This document shows positions 41,558 through 52,134 of a stretch of 64,000 nt of DNA, in pieces. The notes under the pieces were generated by a model. The model had not been told where the DNA came from and did no database searches. It saw only the letters and a program-made list of their open reading frames with translations. Origin of the DNA: Alphaproteobacteria bacterium (GTDB taxonomy: Bacteria; Pseudomonadota; Alphaproteobacteria; UBA828); the NCBI GenBank assembly GCA_965221125.1, contig CBDCRW010000006.1:128001-192000 (forward strand), written 5' to 3'. Positions within the stretch are counted from its first letter, which is position 1, and each line of letters opens with the position of its first letter. The translations under genes and the position numbers were made by a program.

Positions 41558-42721
41558 GTGAACTTCGAGGAGCACGCGGCGAAGCCCCTGCTGCACGCGG
41601 CGGGGATTTCCGTCCCGCGCGGGCAACTCGCCCGGAGCGCAGCCGAAGCCGAGGCCGCAGCGGCGCAGCTCGGCGTTCCGGTGGTGGTCAAGGCGCAAGT
41701 GCCGGCGGGCAAGCGCGGCAAGGCGGGCGGCATCCTGGCGGCGGACGACCCCCGCGCCGCGCACGACGCGGCGCAGGCGATCCTCGGCATGGAGATCGCG
41801 GGGCACAGGGTCGCCACGGTGCTCGTGGAAGAGCGGGCGGAGATCGCGGCGGAATACTACGCGGCGGTGCTGGGCGACGCGGCTTCCAAGGGGCCGCTCG
41901 TGATGTTCTCGCCGGACGGCGGCATGGACGTGGAAGAAATCGCGGCCACGGTGCCGGACAGGCTGCGGCGGACGCCGGTCGACATCCTGCGGGGCTTCGA
42001 CGTGGGCGCCGCGCGCGCGATGCTGGGCGGCCTCGGCCTCGGCGCGGCGGAGGAGCCGGTCGCCAACACCCTCGCCGCGCTCTACCGCGCCTGGCGCGAG
42101 AACGACGCCGAGCTGCTCGAGGTCAATCCGCTGGCCCGGCTCACGGACGGGCGGCTGGTCGCGCTCGACTGCAAGTTCACCCTCGACGATTCCGGCATCC
42201 AGCGCCAACCGGCGCTTGCGGCCGCGGGGAGCCCGGAGCTACTGACGGCGCTGGAGGAGCGGGCGCGCGCGCTTGGCCTGAGCTACATCGAGATGGACGG
42301 CGACATCGGCGTGCTCGCCAACGGCGCCGGGCTCACCATGACCACCATGGACGTGATCGCGCACCACGGCGGGCGGCCGGCAAATTTCTTGGAGATCGGC
42401 GGGGCCGCGTACACGAAGGCCCGGCCGGCGCTTGAGCTCGTGCTCGACAACCCGAGGGTGCGCTGCCTGCTGGTGAACTTCTGCGGCGCCTTCGCCCGCA
42501 CCGACGTGATGGTCGCAGGGATGCTCGACGCCTGGGAGGCGCTCGGCCCCACCATCCCGGTCTTCTTCAGCGTGCACGGCACCGGCTCGGCGGAAGCGCG
42601 GGCCATGCTGCGCGAACGCCTCGGCGTGGACCCCTACCAGACCATGGACGAGGCCATCGCCGCCGCCGTCACCGCGGCAGGGCATGCGCGGCACGCGGAG
42701 CACGCGGGCGACGCGCCATGA
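41558..42721 (+). CDS. Succinyl-CoA-synthetase beta-like ADP-forming CoA ligase (probable sulfoacetate-CoA ligase subunit)
   Basis: NFEEHAAK, VKAQV..GKRGKAGG, EVNPL, NGAGL, PANFLEIGG. Confidence 0.85.
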   Translation: MNFEEHAAKPLLHAAGISVPRGQLARSAAEAEAAAAQLGVPVVVKAQVPAGKRGKAGGILAADDPRAAHDAAQAILGMEIAGHRVATVLVEERAEIAAEYYAAVLGDAASKGPLVMFSPDGGMDVEEIAATVPDRLRRTPVDILRGFDVGAARAMLGGLGLGAAEEPVANTLAALYRAWRENDAELLEVNPLARLTDGRLVALDCKFTLDDSGIQRQPALAAAGSPELLTALEERARALGLSYIEMDGDIGVLANGAGLTMTTMDVIAHHGGRPANFLEIGGAAYTKARPALELVLDNPRVRCLLVNFCGAFARTDVMVAGMLDAWEALGPTIPVFFSVHGTGSAEARAMLRERLGVDPYQTMDEAIAAAVTAAGHARHAEHAGDAP

Positions 42722-43587
42722 TCGCGGCAGGCGCGGAGCGCGTCCTCGTCCAGGGGATCACGGGCAGGCAGGGCACGTTCTGGACCGAGCGCATGCAGGC
42801 CTACGGCACCCGCGTCGTGGCCGGCGTCAACCCGAAGAAGGCCAATACCCGGCACTGCGGCGTGCCGGTCTACGCCAACGCCGGCGAGGCGATGCGCGAT
42901 GTGGGCTTCGACCTCGCGGTCCAGTTCATCCCGCCGCTCGGCGTGAAGGCGGCGTCGCGGGACGCGATCGAGGCGGGCTGCCGGCGCCTCGTCATCCTGA
43001 CCGAGCACGTGCCGGTGCACGACGTGATGGAGGTGCTGGCGATGGCCCGCGCCAACGGCGCCGCCGTCGTCGGCCCCAACACCGCAGGCCTGGTCACGCC
43101 CGGCGCGTGCTTCGTGGGCTTCATGCCGGCCTTCGAGAGCGGCATCTTCCGGCCCGGCCGCGTGGGCGTGATCTCCCGCAGCGGCAGCCTCGGCACGCTG
43201 ATCTGCCTCAACCTCGTGCAGGCGGGCTTCGGCCAGTCTGCCTTCATCGGCATCGGCGGCGACCCCATCGTCGGCACGACCACCCGCGACGCGCTGGAGC
43301 AGCTCGATGCCGACGAGGGAACCGACGCGGTCGTGATTGTGGGCGAGATCGGCGGCGCGATGGAGGAGGACGCAGCCGACTACGCGCGTGCCATGTCCAA
43401 GCCTGTCGTGGCCTTCATCGCGGGCAGCGCGGCGCCTCCCGGCAAGAAGATGGGGCACGCCGGCGCCATCGTCATGGGCGACAAGGGCACTCATGCGTCG
43501 AAGCGCGCGGCGCTGGAGGCGGCCGGCGCCCTGGTGCTCGACACGCCGTCCGGAGTCGGACCCGCGCTGCGCGCTGCGCTCGGCTGA
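42718..43587 (+). CDS. Succinyl-CoA-synthetase alpha-like subunit (probable sulfoacetate-CoA ligase subunit)
   Basis: VQGITG, GPNT.G, SRSGSL, GIGGD, GEIGG, phospho-His motif MGHAGA. Confidence 0.88.
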   Translation: MIAAGAERVLVQGITGRQGTFWTERMQAYGTRVVAGVNPKKANTRHCGVPVYANAGEAMRDVGFDLAVQFIPPLGVKAASRDAIEAGCRRLVILTEHVPVHDVMEVLAMARANGAAVVGPNTAGLVTPGACFVGFMPAFESGIFRPGRVGVISRSGSLGTLICLNLVQAGFGQSAFIGIGGDPIVGTTTRDALEQLDADEGTDAVVIVGEIGGAMEEDAADYARAMSKPVVAFIAGSAAPPGKKMGHAGAIVMGDKGTHASKRAALEAAGALVLDTPSGVGPALRAALG

Positions 43588-43655
43588 ACCCGCGATTGCG
43601 CGGCCGGCCGGGCGGACTAGATTCGGACTGGCGACAGGCCGAAGGGGAGACGACC

Positions 43656-44798
43656 ATGACCGATGCCAACCAGCCCGAGGTGCATCGCGGCCTGAAGGAT
43701 CTCTGCTTCGACCGCTCGCCCACCACGCTCATCGACGGCCGGGCCGGCGAGCTTCGCTATCGCGGCTACTCCATCCACGACCTCGCGGCGCACTCGTCGT
43801 TCGAGGAGACCGCCTACCTCCTGCTGCACGGCGCGCTGCCGACGCGCGCGGCCCTCGACGCCTTCGACGCCGCGCTGAAGGAGGCGCGCACGCTCCCCGG
43901 CGAAATCCACGAGGTCATCCGCGCGGTGAAGGACTCGCACCCCATGGACGTGCTGCGCACGTCCGTCTCCGCGCTCGCGGCGTTCGATCCCGAGACCGGC
44001 GACAACACGCTGGAGGCGACGCGGCGCAAGGGCATCCGGCTCACCTCGCAGGTGCCGATGATCGTGACCGCGCACCACCACATCCGCCAGGGCCGCGAGC
44101 CCGTGGCAGCGCGCGCGGACCTCGGCCATGCCGCGAACTTCCTCCACATGCTCAAGGGCGAGGCGCCGAGCGCGGACGCCTGCGCGCTGATGGACACCGA
44201 CATGGTGCTGCACGCCGAACACGGCTCCAACGCGTCGTCGTTCACCGCGCGGGTCGTCGTCAGCACCGATGCGAACCTGCACGCGGGCATCACCGCGGCG
44301 GTGGCCGCGCTCTCCGGCCCTGCCCACGGCGGCGCGGCGGAGAACGTGATGCGCATGGCCAAGGAGATCGGCGATCCGGCGAAGACTGCGGCCTACGTCA
44401 AGGCGAAGCGCAAGGCGCGCGAGCCGATCATGGGCTTCGGCCACCGCGTCTACCGGGCCGAGGACCCCCGCGCCCGGCACATGCGCGAAGGCGTCCGGCG
44501 GCTCTCCGAAGAGATGGGAGAGCCCCACTGGCACGCGATCCTGGAAGCGCTGGTGGACGCGATGCGCCCCTACGCCCGGCACGGCGTCAACGTGAACGTC
44601 GATTTCTACGCGGGCGTCGTCTACCACCTGCACGGAATCCCGGAGGACCTGTTCGTGCCGATCTTCGCCATCGGCCGCATTCCAGGCTGGACCGTGCAGG
44701 CGATGGAGCAGCTCGACAACAACATCCTGATCCGCCCGCGCCTGCTCTACACCGGGCCCGACGCCCGCGCCTACGTCCCCATCGACGAGAGAAGCTAG
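43656..44798 (+). CDS. Citrate/2-methylcitrate synthase family protein
   Basis: GELRYRGY, HPMD, HAEH, HGGA, MGFGHRVY, DPRA, NVDFY, IRP. Confidence 0.92.
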   Translation: MTDANQPEVHRGLKDLCFDRSPTTLIDGRAGELRYRGYSIHDLAAHSSFEETAYLLLHGALPTRAALDAFDAALKEARTLPGEIHEVIRAVKDSHPMDVLRTSVSALAAFDPETGDNTLEATRRKGIRLTSQVPMIVTAHHHIRQGREPVAARADLGHAANFLHMLKGEAPSADACALMDTDMVLHAEHGSNASSFTARVVVSTDANLHAGITAAVAALSGPAHGGAAENVMRMAKEIGDPAKTAAYVKAKRKAREPIMGFGHRVYRAEDPRARHMREGVRRLSEEMGEPHWHAILEALVDAMRPYARHGVNVNVDFYAGVVYHLHGIPEDLFVPIFAIGRIPGWTVQAMEQLDNNILIRPRLLYTGPDARAYVPIDERS

Positions 44799-44942
44799 AG
44801 CGCGTCCGACTTTGACGGACGCGCGACAGGCCGCGGCAGCGGCCCGCCGCGAACGCGGCGCCCTCGCGGAGGCGCTGGCCGCAGGCCAGCTGCCGTGAGC
44901 GATAAAGAGTCAGAGCGCTTCCATCTCAGGTGGAACCGCTCA
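44795..44942. repeat. Intergenic multi-hairpin element between convergent operons
   Basis: CTAGAGCGCGTCCG..CGGACGCGC and TCAGAGCGCTTCCA..TGGAACCGCT palindromes plus small internal stems. Confidence 0.45.
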
Positions 44943-45914
44943 CGCCATCGCGGCGGTGATGGCCGCCGCGGCGACGATGTCGTCCACCGTCGCCCCGCGG
45001 GAGAGGTCGCAGAGCGGCCGCGCGAAGCCCTGCAGGAAGGGGCCGAGCGCGCGCATGCCGCCCGCGTGCCCGCAGAGCTTGTAGCCGATATTGCCGGAGT
45101 CGAGGTCGGGGAAGACGAGCACGTTGGCCCGCCCCGCCACGTCGCTCGGTCCACTGGTCTTGAGCGCGGCGATGCGCGGCACCAGCGCGGCGTCCGCCTG
45201 AAGCTCGCCGTCGACGGCGATCTCCGGCGCCCGCGCGCGCACGATCTCCACCGCGCGGCGGACCTTGTCCACCCTCTCGTGCTTGGCGCTGCCGTGGGTG
45301 GAGAAGGAGAGCATGGCCACCCTGGCCGGTGCCCCGAGCAGGCGCTCGGCGCTGCCGGCCGACGCGATGGCGATGTCCGCGAGCGCGTCCGCGTCCGGGT
45401 CTGCGTTGACGGCGCAGTCGGCGAAGATCAGCGGCTCGCCCCCGCCCTGCGGCACCATGACGAAGAAGCTCGACGGCGTCGCGATGCCATCAGCGAGGCC
45501 CACGGACATCAGCCCGGCTTCGATCACCCGCGCGGTGGGCTGGCTCGCGCCGGCGACCAGCGCGTCCGCTTCTCCTGCCTTCACCATCATCGCCGCGTAG
45601 AAGAGCGGCTTCGCGAGCAAGCGCCTCGCCACGCGGTCGCTCGCCTTGGGCCGGCCTTCGACGTAGAGCGCGGCGTAGGCGTCGAGCGCGGCGCCTGTCC
45701 CCGGCGCCACGCTCTCGATGGCATCGAGGGAAACACCCGCCTTTGCGCCCGCCTCTTCCAGCGCGTCGCGCGCGCCGATCAGGACCGGCCGCGCGATGCC
45801 CTCGTCGTGCAGGCGCCGCGCCGCTTGCAGGATGCGCGCATCCTCGCCCTCCGGCAGGGCGACGCGGCGCCGACGCTCCTTCGCTTGCGCGACGAGGCGG
45901 TCCGCGATGTCCAC
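44940..45914 (-). CDS. pta: Phosphate acetyltransferase
   Basis: [53 protein letters not shown]. Confidence 0.95.
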   Translation of the reverse strand: MDIADRLVAQAKERRRRVALPEGEDARILQAARRLHDEGIARPVLIGARDALEEAGAKAGVSLDAIESVAPGTGAALDAYAALYVEGRPKASDRVARRLLAKPLFYAAMMVKAGEADALVAGASQPTARVIEAGLMSVGLADGIATPSSFFVMVPQGGGEPLIFADCAVNADPDADALADIAIASAGSAERLLGAPARVAMLSFSTHGSAKHERVDKVRRAVEIVRARAPEIAVDGELQADAALVPRIAALKTSGPSDVAGRANVLVFPDLDSGNIGYKLCGHAGGMRALGPFLQGFARPLCDLSRGATVDDIVAAAAITAAMA

Positions 45915-47680
45915 TATTGCGGGTGCATGTCGGCGCCGTCGATGCCGGCGACGACGTTGGGCTTCTTCATCGCGTCGCGGCGGAACGGCTCGCCCAGCTC
46001 CTGGTTCAGGATCACCTCGATGAAGGTGGTGACCCCGTCGGCCTGGGCCGCGCAGGAGTCGCGCAGCGCCGCCGTCAGCGCCTCCATGGTGCTCACCGCG
46101 ACGCCCTTCAGGCCGCAGGCGTCAGCCACCTTCGCGTAGCTCAGGTCCGGGTTCAGCTCCGTGCCGACGAAGTTGTTGTCGTACCAGAGGATCGAGTTGC
46201 GCTTCTCCGCGCCCCACTGGTAGTTGCGGAACACCACCATGGTGATCGCGGGCCAGCCCTCGCGCCCGACCGAGACCATCTCGTTCATCGAGATGCCGAA
46301 GGCGCCGTCGCCCGCGAAACCGACGACAGGCACCTCCGCACACCCGATCTTAGCGCCGAGGATGGCGGGGAAGCCGTAGCCGCACGGCCCGAACAGCCCC
46401 GGCGCGAGGTACTTCCTGCCCTCCTCGAAGGTGGGGTACGCGTTGCCGATGGCGCAGTTGTTGCCGATGTCCGACGAGATGATGGCGTCCGGTGGCAGGC
46501 CGTCCTGGATCGCGCGCCACGCCATCCGCGCCGACATGCGCTCCGGCTCGCGCGTGCGCGCGTCCACGTTCCACGTGGTGCCGGGGTCGTCGTCCTCGTG
46601 GTCCATGCTGGCGAGCGTCTGCAGCCACGCCGAGCGGGTCTGGTGGATCGCCGCCCGGCGCTCGTCGCGGCCTAAGTTGCCGGCCGTGGCCGAGAGCTGC
46701 TCGCGGAGCTGGCGCGCTACCTTCTTCGCATCGCCGCAGATGCCGACCGTGACCTTCTTCGTGAGCCCGATGCGGTCCGGGTTCAGCTCCACCTGGATGA
46801 TCGCCGCGTCCTTCGGCCAGTAGTCGATGCCGTAGCCCGGCAGCGTCGAGAACGGGTTGAGGCGGGTACCCAATGCCAGCACCACGTCGGCGCGCGCGAT
46901 CAGCTCCATCGCCGCCTTCGAGCCGTTGTAGCCGAGCGGGCCCACGGCGAGCGGGTGCGAGCCGGGGAAGCTGTCGTTGTGCTGGTAGCCGGAGCAGACC
47001 GGCGCGTCGAGGCGCTCGGCCAGCGCCCGGCACTCGCCGATGGCGCCCCCGATCACCACGCCGCCGCCGGAGAGGATCACCGGGAAGCGCGCCTCAGACA
47101 GCAGCCGTGCTGCTTCCGCCACCGAGTCCTCGCCGCCCGCTGCGCGTTCCAGGTGCACCACCGGCGGCAGCTCGATGTCGACTTCTTGCGTCCAGAGATC
47201 GCGCGGCACGTTGATCTGCGCCGGCGCCGACTGGCGGACCGCGTTCTCGATCACCCGGTTCAGCACCTCGGCCATGCGCGACGCGTCGCGCACCTCCTCC
47301 TGGTAGCAGACCATCTCCTCGAACAGCGCCATCTGCGGCACTTCCTGGAAGCCGCCCTGGCCGATGGTCTTGTTGGCCGCCTGCGGCGTCACCAGCAGCA
47401 GCGGCGTGTGGTTCCAGTACGCGGTCTTCACCGGCGTCACGAGGTTGGTGATGCCGGGGCCGTTCTGGCCGATGCACATGGCGATCTTGCCGGTGGCCCG
47501 CGTGTAGCCGTCGCACATGAAGCCCGCGTTGCTCTCGTGGGCCACGTCCCAGAAGGTGATCCCGGCCTTCGGGAAGAGGTCGGAGATCGGCATGAAGGCC
47601 GAGCCGATGATCCCGAACACGTGCTCGATCCCGTGCCGCTGCAGCACCTTCACGAAGGCCTCTTCGGTCGTCATTCTCAT
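45914..47680 (-). CDS. xsc: Sulfoacetaldehyde acetyltransferase (ThDP-dependent)
   Basis: [59 protein letters not shown]. Confidence 0.96.
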   Translation of the reverse strand: MRMTTEEAFVKVLQRHGIEHVFGIIGSAFMPISDLFPKAGITFWDVAHESNAGFMCDGYTRATGKIAMCIGQNGPGITNLVTPVKTAYWNHTPLLLVTPQAANKTIGQGGFQEVPQMALFEEMVCYQEEVRDASRMAEVLNRVIENAVRQSAPAQINVPRDLWTQEVDIELPPVVHLERAAGGEDSVAEAARLLSEARFPVILSGGGVVIGGAIGECRALAERLDAPVCSGYQHNDSFPGSHPLAVGPLGYNGSKAAMELIARADVVLALGTRLNPFSTLPGYGIDYWPKDAAIIQVELNPDRIGLTKKVTVGICGDAKKVARQLREQLSATAGNLGRDERRAAIHQTRSAWLQTLASMDHEDDDPGTTWNVDARTREPERMSARMAWRAIQDGLPPDAIISSDIGNNCAIGNAYPTFEEGRKYLAPGLFGPCGYGFPAILGAKIGCAEVPVVGFAGDGAFGISMNEMVSVGREGWPAITMVVFRNYQWGAEKRNSILWYDNNFVGTELNPDLSYAKVADACGLKGVAVSTMEALTAALRDSCAAQADGVTTFIEVILNQELGEPFRRDAMKKPNVVAGIDGADMHPQ

Positions 47681-47737
47681 GGCGTTACGTTCCTGTTCCT
47701 TTCGTTTCCGCGCTGCGGGCGGTCATGGTTCGAGGCA

Positions 47738-48664
47738 TCAACCCTTCCCCTTCCAGGGGATCAGCCAGCGCTCGAGCAGGCGCATGAACATCTCGATGGC
47801 GAAGCCGATGGCGCCGATGATGATGATGCCGATCACCACCACGTCGGTCTGGAGGAAGTTCTTGGCGATCATCATCATGGAGCCCACGCCCTGGTCGGCG
47901 GCCACCAGCTCGGCAGCGACCAGCGTCCCCCAGCACACACCCATGGAGGTCCGGAGCCCCGTGAAGATCTCGGGCAGCGCGTTCGGCAGGATGACGTGGC
48001 GCAGCACCTGGAACTTGGACGCGCCCAGCGAATAGGCCGCGTGGACCTTGGAAATCTGCACCGAGCTCACGCCGGCGCGGGCCGCGATCAGCATGATGAA
48101 GAGCGCCGCCAGGAAGAGCAGGAAGATCTTTGCGACCTCGTCGATCCCCAGCCACAGGATGACCAGCGGGATGAGCGCCAGCGGCGGGATCGGGCGGATG
48201 AACTCGACGATGGGATCGAACAGCCCGCGCGCCACCGAGTTGAGCCCCATGGCGAAGCCGAGCGGAATGCCGACCAGCGCGCCGATGATGACGCCGAGGA
48301 GCACGCGCTTGACCGAGGTACCCACGTGCTCCCACAGCGAGATGTTGCGGTAGCCGTCGACGAAGAGGCTGACGAAGCGGTCGACCACGCCGGGCCGCGC
48401 GCGGTCGGGATTGTCCCAGGGGTAAAGGCTGCCCTCGAGCGGCGGCCAGAAGAGCGGGTCGATGATCCCGCCGACGGTGGCGAGCCACCAGGCGAGGATC
48501 AGCAGGATGAGCGTGAGCACCGACCACAGCCGGCCGGAGTTCACCGCGGACGCATCGCCGAACTTGACCGTCTTCTGCCGGGTGAACGAGGTGTCGGCGA
48601 TGCCGAGCCACATGCCCCAGCGCGAGGGCTGCGCCGATCGCCCGCCTTGCTTGCGCTTCGCCAC
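47738..48664 (-). CDS. tauC: Taurine/sulfonate ABC permease
   Basis: RPIPPLA, AAYSLGAS, LVAAELVAA; in operon with xsc. Confidence 0.88.
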   Translation of the reverse strand: MAKRKQGGRSAQPSRWGMWLGIADTSFTRQKTVKFGDASAVNSGRLWSVLTLILLILAWWLATVGGIIDPLFWPPLEGSLYPWDNPDRARPGVVDRFVSLFVDGYRNISLWEHVGTSVKRVLLGVIIGALVGIPLGFAMGLNSVARGLFDPIVEFIRPIPPLALIPLVILWLGIDEVAKIFLLFLAALFIMLIAARAGVSSVQISKVHAAYSLGASKFQVLRHVILPNALPEIFTGLRTSMGVCWGTLVAAELVAADQGVGSMMMIAKNFLQTDVVVIGIIIIGAIGFAIEMFMRLLERWLIPWKGKG

Positions 48665-48674
48665 GGCCCGCTCG

Positions 48675-49478
48675 TCAGTGCGTGTCCACGCCGCCCATGA
48701 TCTCCTCCTCCATCTCCCAGATCATGGAGAGGATCTCCTCGCGGGCGGCGATGAAGTCCGGCTGGGCCTTGATGGCGCGCGCGTCCCCGTCTACCCCCTG
48801 CTCGGCGAAGGGGAGCGCGTATTCCTTGTGGATGCGGCCGGGGCGGGGCGCCATCACCACCAGGCGCTCGCCGAGGAAGAGCGCCTCCTCGACCGAATGG
48901 GTGATCAGGATGATGGTCTTGCCGGTCTCCTTCCAGAGCTTGAGCACGAGCCCCTGCATCTTCTCGCGGGTGAGCGCGTCCAGCGCGCCCAGCGGCTCGT
49001 CCATCAGGATCACGTCGGGGTCGTTCGCGAGGCAGCGCGCCAGCGCCACGCGCTGCTGCATGCCGCCGGAGAGCTGATAGACCGGCTTGTCGGCGAAGGT
49101 CTTCAGCGCCACGGTGTCGAGCAGGCGGCTCACGATCTTTCTGGTCTCGGCGCGCGGCACGCCGCACATGCGCGGGCCGAAGCTCACGTTCTGGGCGACC
49201 GTCATCCACTCGAACAGCGCGCCCTGCTGGAACACCACGCCGCGCTCCTTGTGCGGGCCGGTCACCTCGTGGCCGTTGAGCAGCGCCTGGCCTGCGGTCG
49301 GCGCGAGGAAGCCGCCGACGATGTTGAGCAGCGTCGTCTTGCCACAGCCCGACGGGCCGAGCACGGCCATCAGCTCGCCGGGCTTTAGGTGCAGCGAGAT
49401 GTCTTCGAGGGCGTGGACCTCGCCGCCGTTCGGCAAGGTGAAGACCATCGAGACGTTGTCGATGACGAGCCCGTCCAA
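48675..49478 (-). CDS. tauB: Taurine/sulfonate ABC ATP-binding protein
   Basis: GPSGCGKTT, LSGGMQQR, DEPLGALDALTRE, ITHSVEEA. Confidence 0.9.
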   Translation of the reverse strand: MDGLVIDNVSMVFTLPNGGEVHALEDISLHLKPGELMAVLGPSGCGKTTLLNIVGGFLAPTAGQALLNGHEVTGPHKERGVVFQQGALFEWMTVAQNVSFGPRMCGVPRAETRKIVSRLLDTVALKTFADKPVYQLSGGMQQRVALARCLANDPDVILMDEPLGALDALTREKMQGLVLKLWKETGKTIILITHSVEEALFLGERLVVMAPRPGRIHKEYALPFAEQGVDGDARAIKAQPDFIAAREEILSMIWEMEEEIMGGVDTH

Positions 49479-49601
49479 CGCGCCTTCCCCGCTCCGTGTC
49501 CGGAACGACCGGACCCTAACAGCCGCGCGCCACCTGCGCCACGAACGCGCTGCACGGCCCGCCTCGCGTGCGGGCCGCCTCCCTTTGCAACGCGCAGGGC
49601 G

Positions 49602-49649
49602 CCCTCCCTGCCTCGCCCCGGCCTTGAGGGCCTGGGAAGGCAGGGAGGG
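49602..49649 (-). terminator. Stem-loop between tauA and tauB
   Basis: CCCTCCCTGCCT...AGGCAGGGAGGG 12-bp outer stem. Confidence 0.5.
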
Positions 49650-49688
49650 AATTGACGCCCGCAGCGCTACGGCTGCGGTGCCTTCGCC

Positions 49689-50663
49689 TTACAGGTAGCT
49701 GTCGTCGATGGCGGAGTCGTAGCTGTCGAGCGCCTTCTCGAGCTGGCCTTGTTGCACGAAGAAGTCCGCCACTTCCTTGGTGAAGGCCTGCACGGTGCCG
49801 CCCATCCAGGCTTCGGACTTCTGCGCCTCGGCGGACGGGAACGAGAACATGCCGAGCATGTCTTCCGTCGCGGCGAGGTCCATGCCGGCGGCCGTGGAGA
49901 TCGTCTCGACGAACGGCGCCGGATCAGCGTTGTAGGCCGCGTTCGCCTGGTCGGTCACCTCCATGAACTTGCGCAGAAGCTCGGGATGGTCGTTGGCGAA
50001 GTCTTCGGTCACCGAGACCACGTCGAAGACGCGGATGCCGATGGCCTCCTGCTCCGCCGGGGTCATCAGCTCGTCGCCGTACTCCTTCATGCGCTGCAGC
50101 GGGCCGCCGAAGGCGCAGGCCGCGGCGACATCGCCGCGCGCGAGCGCCACGGAGGCATCGGCGCCGTTCATTTGCACCATGTCGACCTTGGAGGCGTCGA
50201 CGCCGAGGTGATCCAGCGTGCGCAGCAGCTTGTAGTGGGTGACGTTGCCGATGGGCGTCGCGATCTGCATGCCCTCCAGCTCGGACGCGTTGGCCTGCGT
50301 GATGCCGGTGTCGGCGTGGACCACGCAGTTGTCGGCCTCGGCGTAGCTCACCGCGACGCCGACCAGCTTGAGCGGCAGCCCGTTGGTGACGGCGACCACC
50401 CACGGGACCAGCCCCTGCGAGTAGGCGATCTGCACGTCGCCGGAGACCATCGCCTGGCTCATCTCGTTGCCGTTGCCGAAGGCGCGCCATTCCACTTCGA
50501 CGCCCATCGCCTCGTCATAGGTCTTCTCGAGCTGGGCGACCTGGTTCGCGGTCGGCCATTCGAGGAAGTAAGCCACCGTGATCTTGTCGAGGGCGGATGC
50601 CGACGACGCGAACAGCATCGCCACGCCCGCCGCGACGACTGCCATAAAGCCGGTGCGTTTCAT
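49689..50663 (-). CDS. tauA: Taurine ABC substrate-binding protein
   Basis: Signal peptide; VAYFLEWPT, SGDVQIAYSQG, HYKLL; RBS AAAGGAG. Confidence 0.85.
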   Translation of the reverse strand: MKRTGFMAVVAAGVAMLFASSASALDKITVAYFLEWPTANQVAQLEKTYDEAMGVEVEWRAFGNGNEMSQAMVSGDVQIAYSQGLVPWVVAVTNGLPLKLVGVAVSYAEADNCVVHADTGITQANASELEGMQIATPIGNVTHYKLLRTLDHLGVDASKVDMVQMNGADASVALARGDVAAACAFGGPLQRMKEYGDELMTPAEQEAIGIRVFDVVSVTEDFANDHPELLRKFMEVTDQANAAYNADPAPFVETISTAAGMDLAATEDMLGMFSFPSAEAQKSEAWMGGTVQAFTKEVADFFVQQGQLEKALDSYDSAIDDSYL

Positions 50664-50811
50664 GTCGAGCACTCCTTTCGATGTGGGTCAGGTGAGTTTC
50701 GAATCCCGGCAACGGGTCCGTGCGTGTCCGGTGGTGCAGCCACAGCGACGTCTCGCCATCGACCCATGCTCCCGCAGGTCCGCGCACGCATACGGCCCCA
50801 TTGACTTGAGC

Positions 50812-50874
50812 AACCGGTTTGGCGTACTGCAACCGGTTACACGGACCCAACATAGCACCTGTAACCGGTTACAG
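50812..50874. promoter_or_regulatory. Three LacI-type palindromic operators
   Basis: AACCGGTT (50812-50819), TGCAACCGGTTACA (50828-50841), perfect CTGTAACCGGTTACAG (50859-50874); central CG typical of LacI sites; divergent LacI gene adjacent. Confidence 0.8.
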
Positions 50875-51083
50875 AAAGGATTGTTCCGTGTTGCACGGCG
50901 CGGGATGACGGGCGCGTCGCTCATGCCGCTGCGCTCCCGGCCCGCGCGCCGCGTCTTGACCGCACAGCCGCCGGGCGACAGGATTTCGGTGACAGCGTGT
51001 ATTCTTTCCGTGCATGCACGGCGCCGCCGGGCTCGGCGCCGGTCCGAACGGCGCCCGCAGCCTAGGACGCCCCGGAAGCCGCG

Positions 51084-52130
51084 ATGGCCGAACGCACATC
51101 ACCGCAGAGCAGGCAATCCTCGCGACGGGTCACCCTGCGGGACGTCGCGCGCGAGGCAGGCGTCTCGGTCGCCACCGCATCGCGGGTGCTGAACGGCTCG
51201 CCGTCGGTCTCGCCGGCAACCCGCGAGGATGTGCTCCGCGTCGTCGCCCAGCTCGAATTCGCGCCGGACCCGCTCGCGCGCGCGCTCAACGCCGGCGGCA
51301 CCAACACCGTCGGCGCCGTGATCCCCACCATCAACCACGCGATCTTCGCCGCGTTCCTCGAAGCGCTGGAAGCGAGGCTGGACGCCAACGGCTACTGCCT
51401 GCTCATGGCCACGACCGGCATGGACCGGCGCGTGGAGCTCGAGCGCGCCCGCTCGCTGCTCGAGATGGGCGCGCGGGCGCTGATCGTCACCGGGCTGGAT
51501 CACGAGCCTGAGCTCACCGCCATGGCCAAGCGCTTCGGCGCGCCCGTGGTCGCGACCTCGATCTACGAGGCCAGCGCCCCGCTGCCGACCATCGGCTACG
51601 ACAACACCGCGTTGGGCCGCCAGGCCATGCGGCACCTGCTCGACCTCGGCCACACGGATGTCGCCCTGGTCTCCGGGCCGACGGCGCAGAACGACCGGGC
51701 GCGCTTCCGGATCCGCGGTGCGGAATCGGTGGGCGGCGTGCGCTCGCTGCGCACGATCGAGACGGAGTTGAGCGTCGGCGGCGGCGCCGAGGCCGCGAAG
51801 CGGATTTTGGGGTGGGAGCGGCGGCCGACAGCGCTGCTCTGCGTCACCGACCTCGTGGCACTCGGCGCCATGTTCGAGCTTCAGCGGAGCGGCCTCCTCC
51901 TGCCCCGCGACATGTCGGTGATCGGCTTCGATCACATCTCGTGGTCGGAGCACAGCCACCCGCGCCTGACCTGCATCAGCCTCCCCGTCGCCGCCATGGG
52001 CCAGGAGAGCGCGCAGGCGATCTGCAATTTCCTCACCGACGGCACGCTGATCCCCTCGGTCCGGCTGCAGGGCGAGATCAACGTGCGCGGCTCCACCTGC
52101 CGCCCGCCCGAACCCGGAACAGTCGGATAG
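51084..52130 (+). CDS. LacI family transcriptional regulator
   Basis: VTLRDVAREAGVSVATASRVLN, ARAL hinge, SVIGFD, P.LT. Confidence 0.95.
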   Translation: MAERTSPQSRQSSRRVTLRDVAREAGVSVATASRVLNGSPSVSPATREDVLRVVAQLEFAPDPLARALNAGGTNTVGAVIPTINHAIFAAFLEALEARLDANGYCLLMATTGMDRRVELERARSLLEMGARALIVTGLDHEPELTAMAKRFGAPVVATSIYEASAPLPTIGYDNTALGRQAMRHLLDLGHTDVALVSGPTAQNDRARFRIRGAESVGGVRSLRTIETELSVGGGAEAAKRILGWERRPTALLCVTDLVALGAMFELQRSGLLLPRDMSVIGFDHISWSEHSHPRLTCISLPVAAMGQESAQAICNFLTDGTLIPSVRLQGEINVRGSTCRPPEPGTVG

Positions 52131-52134
52131 TGCC

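Noticed and set aside
41558-43587. Housekeeping sucCD
   Set aside because: Divergent motifs (GPNTAG, NFCGAFAR) and sauS/xsc context argue for a specialised paralogue, so no symbol was assigned.
42684-44798. 704-aa citrate synthase fusion
   Set aside because: The upstream part is off-frame over the ligase alpha gene; start at 43656 with RBS.
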